A DNA stretch of 64,000 nt from Octopus sinensis (Eukaryota): positions 11,198 to 75,197 of the forward strand of contig NW_021833020.1 of NCBI RefSeq assembly GCF_006345805.1, given 5' to 3'. The notes below the pieces were generated by a model. The model saw nothing but the letters and a program-made list of their open reading frames with translations. It did not search any database and was not told the origin of the DNA. Below, piece after piece: positions 1 through 11,400 of the stretch (the first letter of the stretch is position 1; every line of letters begins with the position of its first letter). The position numbers and the translations under genes are program-made.

Positions 1-154
1 CGTCCCCGTAATTTAGCGGTTTGGCAAAAGGGAACGATAGAATGAGTACCAGGCTTTAAAAAAATAAATATTAGGGTAGGTTCATTCAACTAAAAATCCT
101 TCAGGTGGCGCCCCAGCGTGGCCGCAGTCCAGTGACAGAAACAAATAAAAGATA
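1..154 (+). mobile_element. SINE family A, 3' half (truncated by window start)
   Basis: GTCCCCGTAATTTAGCGGTT...GATAGAATGAGTACCAGGC...GTGGCCGCAGTCCAGTGACAGAAACAAATAAAAGA matches the 3' half of the copies at 1100-1540, 56325-56675 and 59100-59530. Confidence 0.7.
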
Positions 155-327
155 TGTTTATGGAGTTATGTTCTTCGATGGGTCTAAATACTTGTACATA
201 GTTTCGCTTTCTTTTTAGTCAAGCCTCGAGATGGACCCCAATCCCAATCCTCTTTAATACCTTTTTCTGGAGAGTTACATAGGTAACGAGGCAGCCAACA
301 GGGTTTCCTTTTTCTTGTCGGCGGGAC

Positions 328-880
328 GCGAAATTCTTTTTTCCATAAGAGTTCCGGACCCCAGTTATGAACTCATTTGCATACAGCCAATCAGAGCTCA
401 ACTATCAAACTAATTCATGAACGCATAACACGTGATGGGCGATAAGGTAAGGATACTTGGGTAAGGAACGACCATGCTTTCTTTCTCTTTTAATAATGCT
501 TGTTGTTCTTGTTCTTGTTCCAACCATGGCTGCCTCTGCGTAGTTATTTGTGTTGTTGTTTATTTTATAAAACAGTAAGGGGAGAATGTTGCTAGCACAT
601 CACCCTCTACCCACATTTTCCCCATCCACATTTTTACCACATGGTGCCCTAACAAAATCATATAATAGGTGTAGATGCAAATGTATCGAATTACTTGTCT
701 CCTTCTAATATCAGGCGTAACTTGGCGATCGGCCGACCTACAACACAGTTCTTCGTCTTCAGTTTACTTGGTAGAGCGCGTTTGTTAATTTGACAACAAG
801 GTCAAGGTGAGCTCTGATTGGCTGTCTGTAAATGAATTCATTATTGGGGTCCAGAACTCTCGTGGGGGAAAAAGTTTCGC
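328..880. repeat. Imperfect ~73-bp inverted repeat pair (328-400 / 808-880), MITE-like
   Basis: GAGTTCCGGACCCCAGTTATGAACTCATTTGCATACAGCCAATCAGAGCTCA is the reverse complement (with substitutions) of TGAGCTCTGATTGGCTGTCTGTAAATGAATTCATTATTGGGGTCCAGAACTCTC. Non-coding 407-bp spacer; no TSD found. Confidence 0.7.
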
Positions 881-1099
881 CGGCGGAACACTTTAAACCA
901 TTAAGGTGTATTTTCATTACACGTAACCGTTAAACCTTGAGGGCGGTTGACGCCGCCTAATTAACCTACGAACTTGGGACCAGCACGTGCTTCAGATTGA
1001 ACTGAGAATCAGCATCGTCAGACAACGGAGAATCGGCAGTAATTGATACCTCAGGCAATTCAGGAATCATGCCTGATATTTCAAGTAACTCAGAATCTT

Positions 1100-1540
1100 C
1101 TGCGATAAGAAACTTGCTTCACAACCACATGGTTCTGGGTTCAGTCCCACTGCATGGCACTTTGAGCAAGAGTGTTCTACGTTAGCCTCAGGCCTTGTGA
1201 GTGCATTTGGTAGACGGAAATTGAAACAAGCACGTCGCATATAAATATAAATATAAATAAATAAATATATATATATATACACACACACACACATGCATAC
1301 ATGTGTGCGTATGAGCGTGCGAGTGCGTGTGTCTGTGTTTGTCCCCCAACCACCGCTTCACAACTGGTGCTGGTGTGTTTGTGTCCCTGTAACTTAGCGG
1401 TTCGGCAAAAAAAATGACACCGATAGAATAAGTACCAGGCTTAACAAAAAATAAGTCCTGGGTCCGATACATTTAACTAAAAATTATTAAAGGCAATGCG
1501 TCTGCATGACGCAGTCTACTGACTGAAACAAGTAAAAGAT
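1100..1540 (+). mobile_element. SINE family A, near full length (tRNA-like head, internal microsatellite, conserved tail)
   Basis: Head AAGAAACTTGCTTCACAACCACATGGTTCTGGGTTCAGTCCCAC (B-box-like), central CCTTGTGAGTGCATTTGGTAGACGGAAATTGAAA, internal (TA)/(CA)/(GT) tract, tail ACTGACTGAAACAAGTAAAAGA. At least 9 related pieces in this window. Confidence 0.8.
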
Positions 1541-2230
1541 ATTCGAGGAATAACAGAAAGCTCAACTGTTGTAACAACAAGAGTAGGAAGTACCAATTCT
1601 TCAAGTGACGAGTCGAAAACTTCAGAAGTTGATCTAAATGTCGTTCAAACACGTTTCCACGAAATCTTATTTAAAAAAATTACGGCTTCCATCAGTTGGG
1701 TAACAGTGGTGAATGCTGGGTTATTATGCCATCTGCGTTCACTTGCACTAAGTTTCTATACAAGAACATGGTCGACACAACAATAGGAAAGTATTAAGTT
1801 TTCTCTTTCGGTTACGAATTATATGCGTAGATTTGTCGGATTGCGTTTCAAGCTGGCTTGCTGTTGACACTATTTTATGAGAGGCTGTGTTATTTCTATT
1901 CGTGTATTTAAAGGAAAAGCCAAGTTCCAAACTAACGAAAGCCCAAATAACAATAACACAAACGCAAATGAGGTAGAATACACACAAAACACGAATGATA
2001 TCAACAACGAATAACAATCCACCGTGGCTGCCGTTGCAGTATTTGTGGTAACAGTCGCGGAATAGATAATGTTACTTCTGAGGTAATCTTTCTTTAGAGG
2101 GCAGGATAACTACTTCGATCCAGCCAAAACAACACTAATTATCATTCCACATACCTCCACCTGCCTACCTACCTACTAGAACAATCCAACTTGTCAAAGA
2201 CTGTACAAAGCAATGAGGGTTCAAGTAAAA

Positions 2231-2276
2231 CGCTGTCTGATGAAGGCGAGCAAGCTGAAGCTTCGAAGTCACTGTT
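2231..2276 (+). ncRNA. Decayed minimal hammerhead ribozyme motif
   Basis: CTGATGA(2237-2243)-A-GGC...GCT-GAAG-CTTCGAAGT-C. One change (A15.1 to G) from GAAACTTCGAAGTC with a palindromic helix III; helix I is partly mismatched. Confidence 0.45.
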
Positions 2277-2699
2277 AACCCTTTCTTTGTAAAAGTTAAG
2301 ATATATTATTTACATATGTTTGTAGCAGTTGAAGAACTGGGTTGCTGATATCACATTCAGTCCAAGGTTTCATTAACGTAAAGGTGACAAATCATTGGTC
2401 CGTTGAGTTGACGAGGACCATCTAATCATCCTTAGGGATGACTGACGATTCGTGTGCAATGATTGTGTGCAAGTGAAGAAGAGTTGCGTACCATCAACCT
2501 GACTCTCTCATTCGTGCCAAACCATTGACAAGATGAGGTTAAGACAATTGGAAGTGGAAATGGATGCAGTGGACGATCCAGCTGTCTTGCCTCACCTTGT
2601 TCTCTGCATTGCATAAATACACTGCTCACTAGTATTTCCCCGCTGTTGGACCACGAACATTTCTTCCACAGCGTGCACCAGATCCAGTCTTCACATAAA

Positions 2700-2880
2700 C
2701 AGGACGGCTTGCCTTAATATGCTATTCAACCCATAGCCGGGACCTATAGAGTAGACCAGGCTAGACCAACAAACTCCAGAAGAAGGCCGTCACTACAACT
2801 TCAGTTTAAAGTCATACTTAAGACAAATCATATAGTATGTTTGAAGACATGGAAGAAAGAACTGATTTTATATCGATTAA
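2700..2880 (+). mobile_element. RTE-clade LINE 3' remnant (heavily decayed)
   Basis: Manual translation DGLP*YAIQPIAG...RRPSLQLQFKVILKTNHIVCLKTWKKE resembles the RTE post-RT RLPK...GRPxLRFKDxLK...W region. Confidence 0.35.
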
Positions 2881-3654
2881 ATAAACTGAATTATATAATG
2901 ACTTATGTAATGACAGTCAAATAGTCGTAACCTTTGTAAATAGATAAATACAATTACAAAGCAGATGAGTTTACTTAAATAAAGATATACGGATGAACTG
3001 TTTGGATAGTGTTTAACAAATTCAGGAAAGAAGTTATCGTTAGGAGTGCTAAAGAAGATATACATCGACAGTTTAATCGTATTTTTATCATATCATTTTA
3101 CAATTTCCACTTATTAATCACTTCGTAAATTTTGGTATTTGCCTGAGCGAGTGGGTGAAATATCGTAAAATTTGTTTATTATAGCGAGGTTGTAATAGAT
3201 AAAGTAGAACGTAGTTATGCTGGGTCGTTTCAAAGGAAATTCCAGCTGTTAAAAGTGAAGTACCCAGAAACAGCCGAAACAGGGTTCAAATAGGAACCAC
3301 AGGGATGCAACAAGATGGATGTTTTTTGAGTCAATGGCGAAGTCACCAGATGCTGAAAGGAGAAATAGACAACAAAGTGTCAATGGCCAGGACCAACCAG
3401 TTCAGTTAGTGATTAACTGCTATCATCTGTAGTCGTGGTCTGAGCAAATGAGACATTTCCGCAAGTGAAGGACCAATGGGAATAAAACTCAAGCCCAAAT
3501 ATTCATGAGGTGTTGCGTGTTCTGGTCATTTGGCGTGGAAGAGTTGTGTTGGTCGGGGAAAGTCGCCCGACCGGTGAGGATGACAAAATTAAGAAGTGTT
3601 ATGTGGAGTCGAGGAGGTAGAGAAATGACCGATATCATGCAACTGTTTATTCAC

Positions 3655-3884
3655 ACATACAGACACCCACACATACATACATACATACACACATACATAC
3701 ATACATACATGCATACACAAATAAATAAACCGGGATGTATGTGTGTTTGTATGTATGTGTATATATACACACACACATACATGAACATAGACATGCACAC
3801 ACAAACGAACAAACAATATACACACCAGTATATCTAGTATGTATATATATACATACATACATATACATACATACATACATATAT

Positions 3885-3949
<65 letters not shown>

Positions 3950-4020
3950 ACACACACGCACTCACATACATATATACGAATACACACATACACCACACTA
4001 CATATACACACGCATATATA
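3655..4020. repeat. Compound microsatellite (TACA)n/(TA)n/(TG)n
   Basis: Visible directly; source of the YIYI/HTHT pseudo-ORFs. Confidence 0.95.
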
Positions 4021-4329
4021 TGTTTATGGTTAGCTCTGATCTACATTTTAGAATTGGAGTGCTTCAGCAGAACATAATCCATGCCCCCCTCCTCCCGTCA
4101 TTCTGAAAAGTAGTCCGTATAACGGACCAGGAAATGGAATGTCTGGTATGATATTATACTTGAGCAGCTGATTTAGATTAAATGATTGGCAATGGTGTCT
4201 GTTACATTTAATAATACCAAACACCGAGTCTGCCCAAAACAGTGGTTGGCTTATGTAAACTCTTTGGCATATAACTACTTACGATTACGTGCACACACTC
4301 ATACATATACTTGCATATCTGTCTGTCTG

Positions 4330-4610
<281 letters not shown>

Positions 4611-4616
4611 TACAAA

Positions 4617-4870
4617 TAGGGTGAGTCTGGAGACCACAAGTTAAGTGTTTCAAGATGGTAAAGATTGTCTGGCATTCATTCATGGCTTACGTGTGTTTTG
4701 TGGGAAGGTGCTGAGTCTTGTTGAAACACGTAAAGCCTTCCACTAAGTACTTTATCCTCTTTGGGCTTAGCAACTGTTTCCAGCACCTCAGTGTGTCTAC
4801 CAGCATGGATTTCTAAGGCTCTGTAGAAAGGTGTGAGGTGACAAGACGTTCGTTACTCACCACTCCTCCT
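4617..4870 (-). mobile_element. Tc1/mariner transposase relic (catalytic domain fragment)
   Basis: Minus strand reads EVLETVAKPKEDKVLSGRLYVFQQDSAPSHKTHVSHE*MPDNLYHLETLNLWSPDSP, i.e. the YVFQQDxAPxH and WPPxSPDL motifs. Confidence 0.75.
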
Positions 4871-5410
4871 TAAGCCGTTACAGTTATTGGAAACTTAGTG
4901 TGCCTCACTCTGGCGATAAGAGAAGAATCTGTACATAACCATCTGTCATTTCTCCTGTTTAAACTTTTGATCCTGGTTGATGTTTTTCGCATCAGAGAAG
5001 AATCAAAGCATGCCTTCTTCATGATACATGTGTTCAAACAAACCTACACACACGCACACTCTCACAGACGCGCGCGCCCGCGCTTTGGAGTATCTGGAAA
5101 CTCATACGTAAAAATAAGACAATCATGTAAATATTGGGTTGAATACATTTCGGGATAGAAAAAGTTGAAGGTTGCTCGTTAACAATATTTATATATATAA
5201 CTAAATCAACGATATAAATCCTCTTAAAGGGATGTTAGCATTATATATATATAACTGTCCAAAATGGTCGTGACTTCTGGAACTTGACTGAGGACAGAAA
5301 GCCACAAATGACCCGTCTTTTATTTGCCTGTCCTTCTGATTGTTGTTTCTCCGTCTATCTGTCTGAATGTTTTAACGTCCTCTATTGCGTTTTTGTTCCA
5401 TATATATATA

Positions 5411-8400
5411 TATAAATGTCTTTACATCAGCTGAGAAGCTACTAAGGTATCATGAAGAAAAACTTGTATAAATGTCTTTACTTCAGCTGAGAAGCTACTA
5501 AGGTATCAGGGAGAAAAGCTTGTTAGAGATGTCTTTACTTCAGCTGAGAAGCTACTAAGGTATCAGGAGGAAAAACTTGTATAGATGTCTTTACTTCAAT
5601 GAGAAGCTACTAAGGTATCAGGAAGAAAAACTTGTTAGAGATGTCTTTACTTCAGCTGAGAAGCTACTAAGGTATCAGGGAGAAAAACTTGTATAGATGT
5701 CTTTACTTCAGCTGGGAAGCTACTAAGGTATCAGGAAGAAAAACTTGTATAGATGTCTTTACTTCAGCTGAGAAGCTACTAAGGTATCAGGAAGAAAAAC
5801 TTGTATAGATGTCTTTACTTCAGCTGAGAAGCTACTAAGGTATCAGGAAGAAAAACTTGTATAGATGTTTTTACTTCAGCTGGGAAGCTACTAAGGTATC
5901 AGGAAGAAAAACTTGTATAGATGTCTTTACTTCAGCTGAGAAGCTACTAAGGTATCAGGAAGAAAAACTTGTATAGATGTCTTTACTTCAGCTGGGAAGC
6001 TACTAAGGTATCAGGAAGAAAAACTTGTATAGATGACTTTACTTCAGCTGAGAAGCTACTAAGGTATCAGGAAGAAAAACTTGTTAGAGATGTCTTTACT
6101 TCAGCTGAGAAGCTACTAAAGTATCAGGAAGAAAAGCTTGTATAGATGTCTTTACTTCAGCTGGGAAGCTACTAAGGTATCAGGAAGAAAAACTTATATA
6201 GATGTCTTTACTTCAGCTGGGAAGCTACTAAGGTATCAGGAAGAAAAACTTGTATAGATGTCTTTACTTCAGCTGGGAAGCTACTAAGGTATCAGGAAGA
6301 AAAACTTGTATAGATGTCTTTCCTTCAGCTGAGAAGCTACTAAGGTATCAGGAAGAAAAGCTTGTTTGAGATGTCTTTACTTCAGCTGGGAAGCTACTAA
6401 GGTATCAGGACGAAAAGCTTGGATAGATGTCTTTACTTCAGCTGGGAAGCTACTAAGGTATCAGGAAGAAAAGCTTGTATAGATGTCTTTACTTCAGCTG
6501 AGAAGCTACTAAGGTATCAGGAAGAAAAACATGTATAGATGTCTTTACTTCATCTGGGAAGCTACTAAGATATCAGGAAGAAAAACTTGTATAGGTGTCT
6601 TTACTTCAGCTGAGAAGCTACTAAGGTATCAGGAAGAAAAACTTGTATAGATGTCTTTACTTCAGCTGAGAAGCTACTAAGGTATCAGGAAGAAAAACTT
6701 GTATAGATGTCTTTACTTCAGCTGGGAAGCTACTAAGGTATCAGGAAGAAAAACTTGTATAGATGTCATTATTTCAGCTGAGAAGCTACTAAGGTATCAG
6801 GAAGAAAAACTTGTATAGATGTCTTTACTTCAGCTGGGAAGCTACTAAGGTATCAGGAAGAAAAGCTTGTATAGATGTCTTTACTTCAATGAGAAGCTAC
6901 TAAGGTATCAGGAAGAAAAACTTGTATAGATGTCTTTACTTCAGCTGAGAAGCTACTAAGGTATCAGGAAGAAAAACTTGTATAGATGTTTTTACTTCAG
7001 CTGGGAAGCTACTAAGTATCAGGAAGAAAAACTTGTATAGATGTCTTTACTTCAGCTGAGAAGCTACTAAGGTATCAGGAAAAAACTTGTATAGATGTCT
7101 TTACTTCAGCTGGGAAGCTACTAAGTATCAGGAAGAAAAACTTGTATAGATGTCTTTACTTCAGCTGAGAAGCTACTAAGGTATCAGGAAGAAAAACTTG
7201 TTAGAGATGTCTTTACTTCAGCTGAGAAGCTACTAAAGTATCAGGAAGAAAAGCTTGTATAGATGTCTTTACTTCAGCTGGAAGCTACTAAGTATCAGGA
7301 AGAAAAACTTATATAGATGTCTTTACTTCAGCTGGGAAGCTACTAAGGTATCAGGAAGAAAAACTTGTATAGATGTCTTTACTTCAGCTGGGAAGCTACT
7401 AAGGTATCAGGAAGAAAAACTTGTATAGATGTCTTTCCTTCAGCTGAGAAGCTACTAAGGTATCAGGAAGAAAAACTTGTTAGAGATGTCTTTACTTCAG
7501 CTGGAAGCTACTAAGGTATCAGGACGAAAAGCTTGGATAGATGTCTTTACTTCAGCTGGGAAGCTACTAATGTATCAGGAAGAAAAGCTTGTATAGATGT
7601 CTTTACTTCAGCTGAGAAGCTACTAAGGTATCAGGAAGAAAAACATGTATAGATGTCTTTACTTCATCTGGGAAGCTACTAAGATATCAGGAAGAAAAAC
7701 TTGTATAGGTGTCTTTACTTCAGCTGAGAAGCTACTAAGGTATCAGGAAGAAAAACTTGTATAGATGTCTTTACTTCAGCTGAGAAGCTACTAAGGTATC
7801 AGGAAGAAAAACTTGTATAGAGGTCTTTACTTCAGCTGGGAAGCTACTAAGGTATCAGGAAGAAAAACTTGTATAGATGTCATTATTTCAGCTGAGAAGC
7901 TACTAAGGTATCAGGAAGAAAAACTTGTATAGATGTCTTTACTTCAGCTGGGAAGCTACTAAGGTATCAGGAAGAAAAGCTTGTATAGATGTCTTTACTT
8001 CAATGAGAAGCTACTAAGGTATCAGGAAGAAAAACTTGTTAGAGATGTCTTTACTTCAGCTGAGAAGCTACGAAGGTATCAGGAAGAAAAACTTATATAG
8101 ATGTCTTTACTTCAGCTGGGAAGCTACTAAGGTATCAGGAAGAAAAATTTGAATAGATGTCTTTACTTCAGCTGAGAAGCTACTAAGGTATCAGGAAGAA
8201 AGACTTGTATAGATGTCTTTACTTCAGCTGAGAAGCTACTAAGGTATCAGGAAGAAAAACTTGTATAGATGTCTTTACTTCAGCTGGGAAGCTACTAAGG
8301 TATCAGGAAGAATAACTTGTATAGATGTCTTTACTTCAGCTGAGAAGCTACTAAGGTATCAGGAAGAAAAGCTTGTATAGATGTCTTTACTTCAGCTGGA

Positions 8401-11400
8401 AGCTACTAAGGTATCAGGAAGAAAAACTTGTATAGATGTCTTTACTTCAGCTGAGAAGCTACTAAGGTATCAGGAAGAAAAGCTTGGATAGATGTCTTTA
8501 CTTCAGCTGGGAAGCTACTAAGGTATCATGAAGAAAAACTTGTATAAATGTCTTTACTTCAGCTGAGAAGCTACTAAGGTATCAGGGAGAAAAGCTTGTT
8601 AGAGATGTCTTTACTTCAGCTGAGAAGGCTAAGGTATCAGGAGGAAAAACTTGTATAGATGTCTTTACATCAATGAGAAGCTACTAAGGTATCAGGAGAA
8701 AAACTTGTTAGAGATGTCTTTACTTCAGCTGAGAAGTACTAAGGTATCAGGGAGAAAAACTTGTATAGATGTCTTTACTTCAGCTGGGAAGCTACTAAGG
8801 TATCAGGAAGAAAAACTTGTATAGATGTCTTTACTTCAGCTGAGAAGCTACTAAGGTATCAGGAAGAAAAACTTGTATAGATGTCTTTACTTCAGCTGAG
8901 AAGCTACTAAGGTATCAGGAAGAAAAACTTTATAGATGTTTTACTTCAGCTGGGAAGCTACTAAGGTATCAGGAAGAAAAACTTGTATAGATGTCTTTAC
9001 TTCAGCTGAGAAGCTACTAAGGTATCAGGAAGAAAAACTTGTATAGATGTCTTTACTTCAGCTGGGAAGCTACTAAGGTATCAGGAAGAAAAACTTGTAT
9101 AGATGTCTTTACTTCAGCTGAGAAGCTACTAAGGTATCAGGAAGAAAAACTTGTTAGAGATGTCTTTACTTCAGCTGAGAAGCTACTAAAGTATCAGGAA
9201 GAAAAGCTTGTATAGATGTCTTTACTTCAGCTGGGAAGCTACTAAGGTATCAGGAAGAAAAACTTGTATAGATGTCTTTACTTCAGCTGAGAAGCTACTA
9301 AGGTATCAGGAAGAAAAGCTTGTTTGAGATGTCTTTACTTCAGCTGGGAAGCTACTAAGGTATCAGGACGAAAAGCTTGGATAGATGTCTTTACTTCAGC
9401 TGGGAAGCTACTAATGTATCAGGAAGAAAAGCTTGTATAGATGTCTTTACTTCAGCTGAGAAGCTACTAAGGTATCAGGAAGAAAAAACTGTATAGATGT
9501 TTTACTTCATCTGGGAAGCTACTAAGATATCAGGAAAAAAAACTTGTATAGGTGTCTTTACTTCAGCTGAGAAGCTACTAAGGTATCAGAAGAAAAACTT
9601 GTATAGATGTCTTTACTTCAGCTGAGAAGCTACTAAGGTATCAGGAAGAAAAACTTGTATAGATGTCTTTACTTCAGCTGGGAAGCTACTAAGGTATCAG
9701 GAAGAAAAACTTGTATAGATGTCATTATTCAGCTGAGAAGCTACTAAGGTATCAGGAAGAAAAACTTGTATAGATGTCTTTACTTCAGCTGGGAAGCTAC
9801 TAAGGTATCAGGAAGAAAAGCTTGTATAGATGTCTTTACTTCAATGAGAAGCTACTAAGGTATCAGGAAGAAAACCTTGTTAGAGATGTCTTTACTTCAG
9901 CTGAGAAGCTACGAAGGTATCAGGAAGAAAAACTTATATAGATGTCTTTACTTCAGCTGGGAAGCTACTAAGGTATCAGGAAGAAAAATTTGTATAGATG
10001 TCTTTACTTCAGCTGAGAAGCTACTAAGGTATCAGGAAGAAAAACTTGTTAGAGATGTCTTTACTTCAGCTGAGTAGCTACTAAGGTATCAGGAAGAAAA
10101 GCTTGTATAGATGTCTTTACTTCAGCTGGGAAGCTACTAAGGTATCAGGAAGAAAAACTTGTATAGATGTCTTTACTTCAGCTGAGAAGCTACTAAGGTA
10201 TCAGGAGAAAAAGCTTGGATAGATGTCTTTACTTCAGCTGGGAAGCTACTAAGGTATCAGGAAGAAAAACTTGTATAGATGTCTACTTCAGCTGGAAGCT
10301 ACTAAGGTATCAGGAAGAAAAACTTCTATAGATGTCTTTACTTCAGCTGAGAAGCTACTAAGGTATCAGGAAGTAAAACTTGTTAGAGATGTCTTTACTT
10401 CAGCTGAGAAGCTACTAAGGTATCAGGAAGACAAGCTTGTATAGATGTCTTTACTTCAGCTGGGAGGCTACTAATGTATCAGGAAGAAAAACTTGTATAG
10501 ATGTCTTTACTTCAACTGGGAAGCTACTAAGGTATCAAGAAGAAAAACTTGTATAGATGTCTTTACTTCAGCTGAGGAGCTACTAAGGTATCAGGAAGAA
10601 AAACTTGTATAGATGTCTTTACTTCAGCTGAGAAGCTACTAAGGTATCAGGAAGAAAAACTTGTATAGATGTCTTTACTGCAGCTGAGAAGCTACTAAGG
10701 TATCAGGAAGAAAAACTTGTTATAGATGTCTTTACTTCAGCTGAGAACTACTAGGTATCAGGAAGAAAAGCTTGTTGAGATGTCTTTACTTCAGCTGGGA
10801 AGCTACTAAGGTATCAGGAAGAAAAGCTTGGATAGATGTCTTTACTTCAGCTGGGAAGCTACTAAGGTATCAGGAAGAAAAGCTTGTATAGATGTCTTTA
10901 CTTCAGCTTAGAAGCTACTAAGGTATCAGGAAGAAAAACTTGTATAGATGTCTTTACTTCATTGGGAAGCTATCTAACTAAGATATCAGGAAGAAAAACT
11001 TGTATAGATGTCTTTACTTCAGCTGAGAAGCTACTAAGGTATCAGGAAGAAAAACTTGTATAGATGTCTTTACTTCAGCTGAGAAGCTACTAAGGTATCA
11101 GGAAGAAAAACTTGTATAGATGTCTTTACTTCAGCTGGGAAGCTACTAAGGTATCAGGAAGAAAACTTGTATAGATGTCTTTACTTCAGCTGAGAAGCTA
11201 CTAAGGTATCAGGAAGAAAAACTTGTATAGATGTCTTTACTTCAGCTGGGAAGCTACTAAGGTTTCTGGAAGAAAAACTTGTATAGATGTCTTTACTTCA
11301 GCTGAGAAGCTACTAAGGTATCAGGAAGAAAAACTTGTATAGATGTCTTTACTTCAGCTGGGAAGCTACTAAGGTATCAGGAAGAAAAACTTGTATAGAT

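Noticed and set aside
975-1030. Minus-strand CTGACGA...GAAGCACGTGC
   Set aside because: GAAG, a 7-nt spacer after helix II, and no helix I.
1605-1635. GTGACGA-GTC-GAAAACTTCAGAAGTT hammerhead-like motif
   Set aside because: C3 is missing, there is no helix II or helix I pairing, and the cleavage position is ambiguous.
5701-5756. Satellite monomer as a hammerhead (as in newt satellite 2 or schistosome satellites); the minus strand has CCTGAT...TCAGCTGAA spaced much like the 30495 ribozyme
   Set aside because: The core would read CUGAUAC and GAAG, with no A15.1-U16.1 helix III or helix I. The resemblance (6+9 nt) may be chance; an alignment significance test would be needed to revive it.
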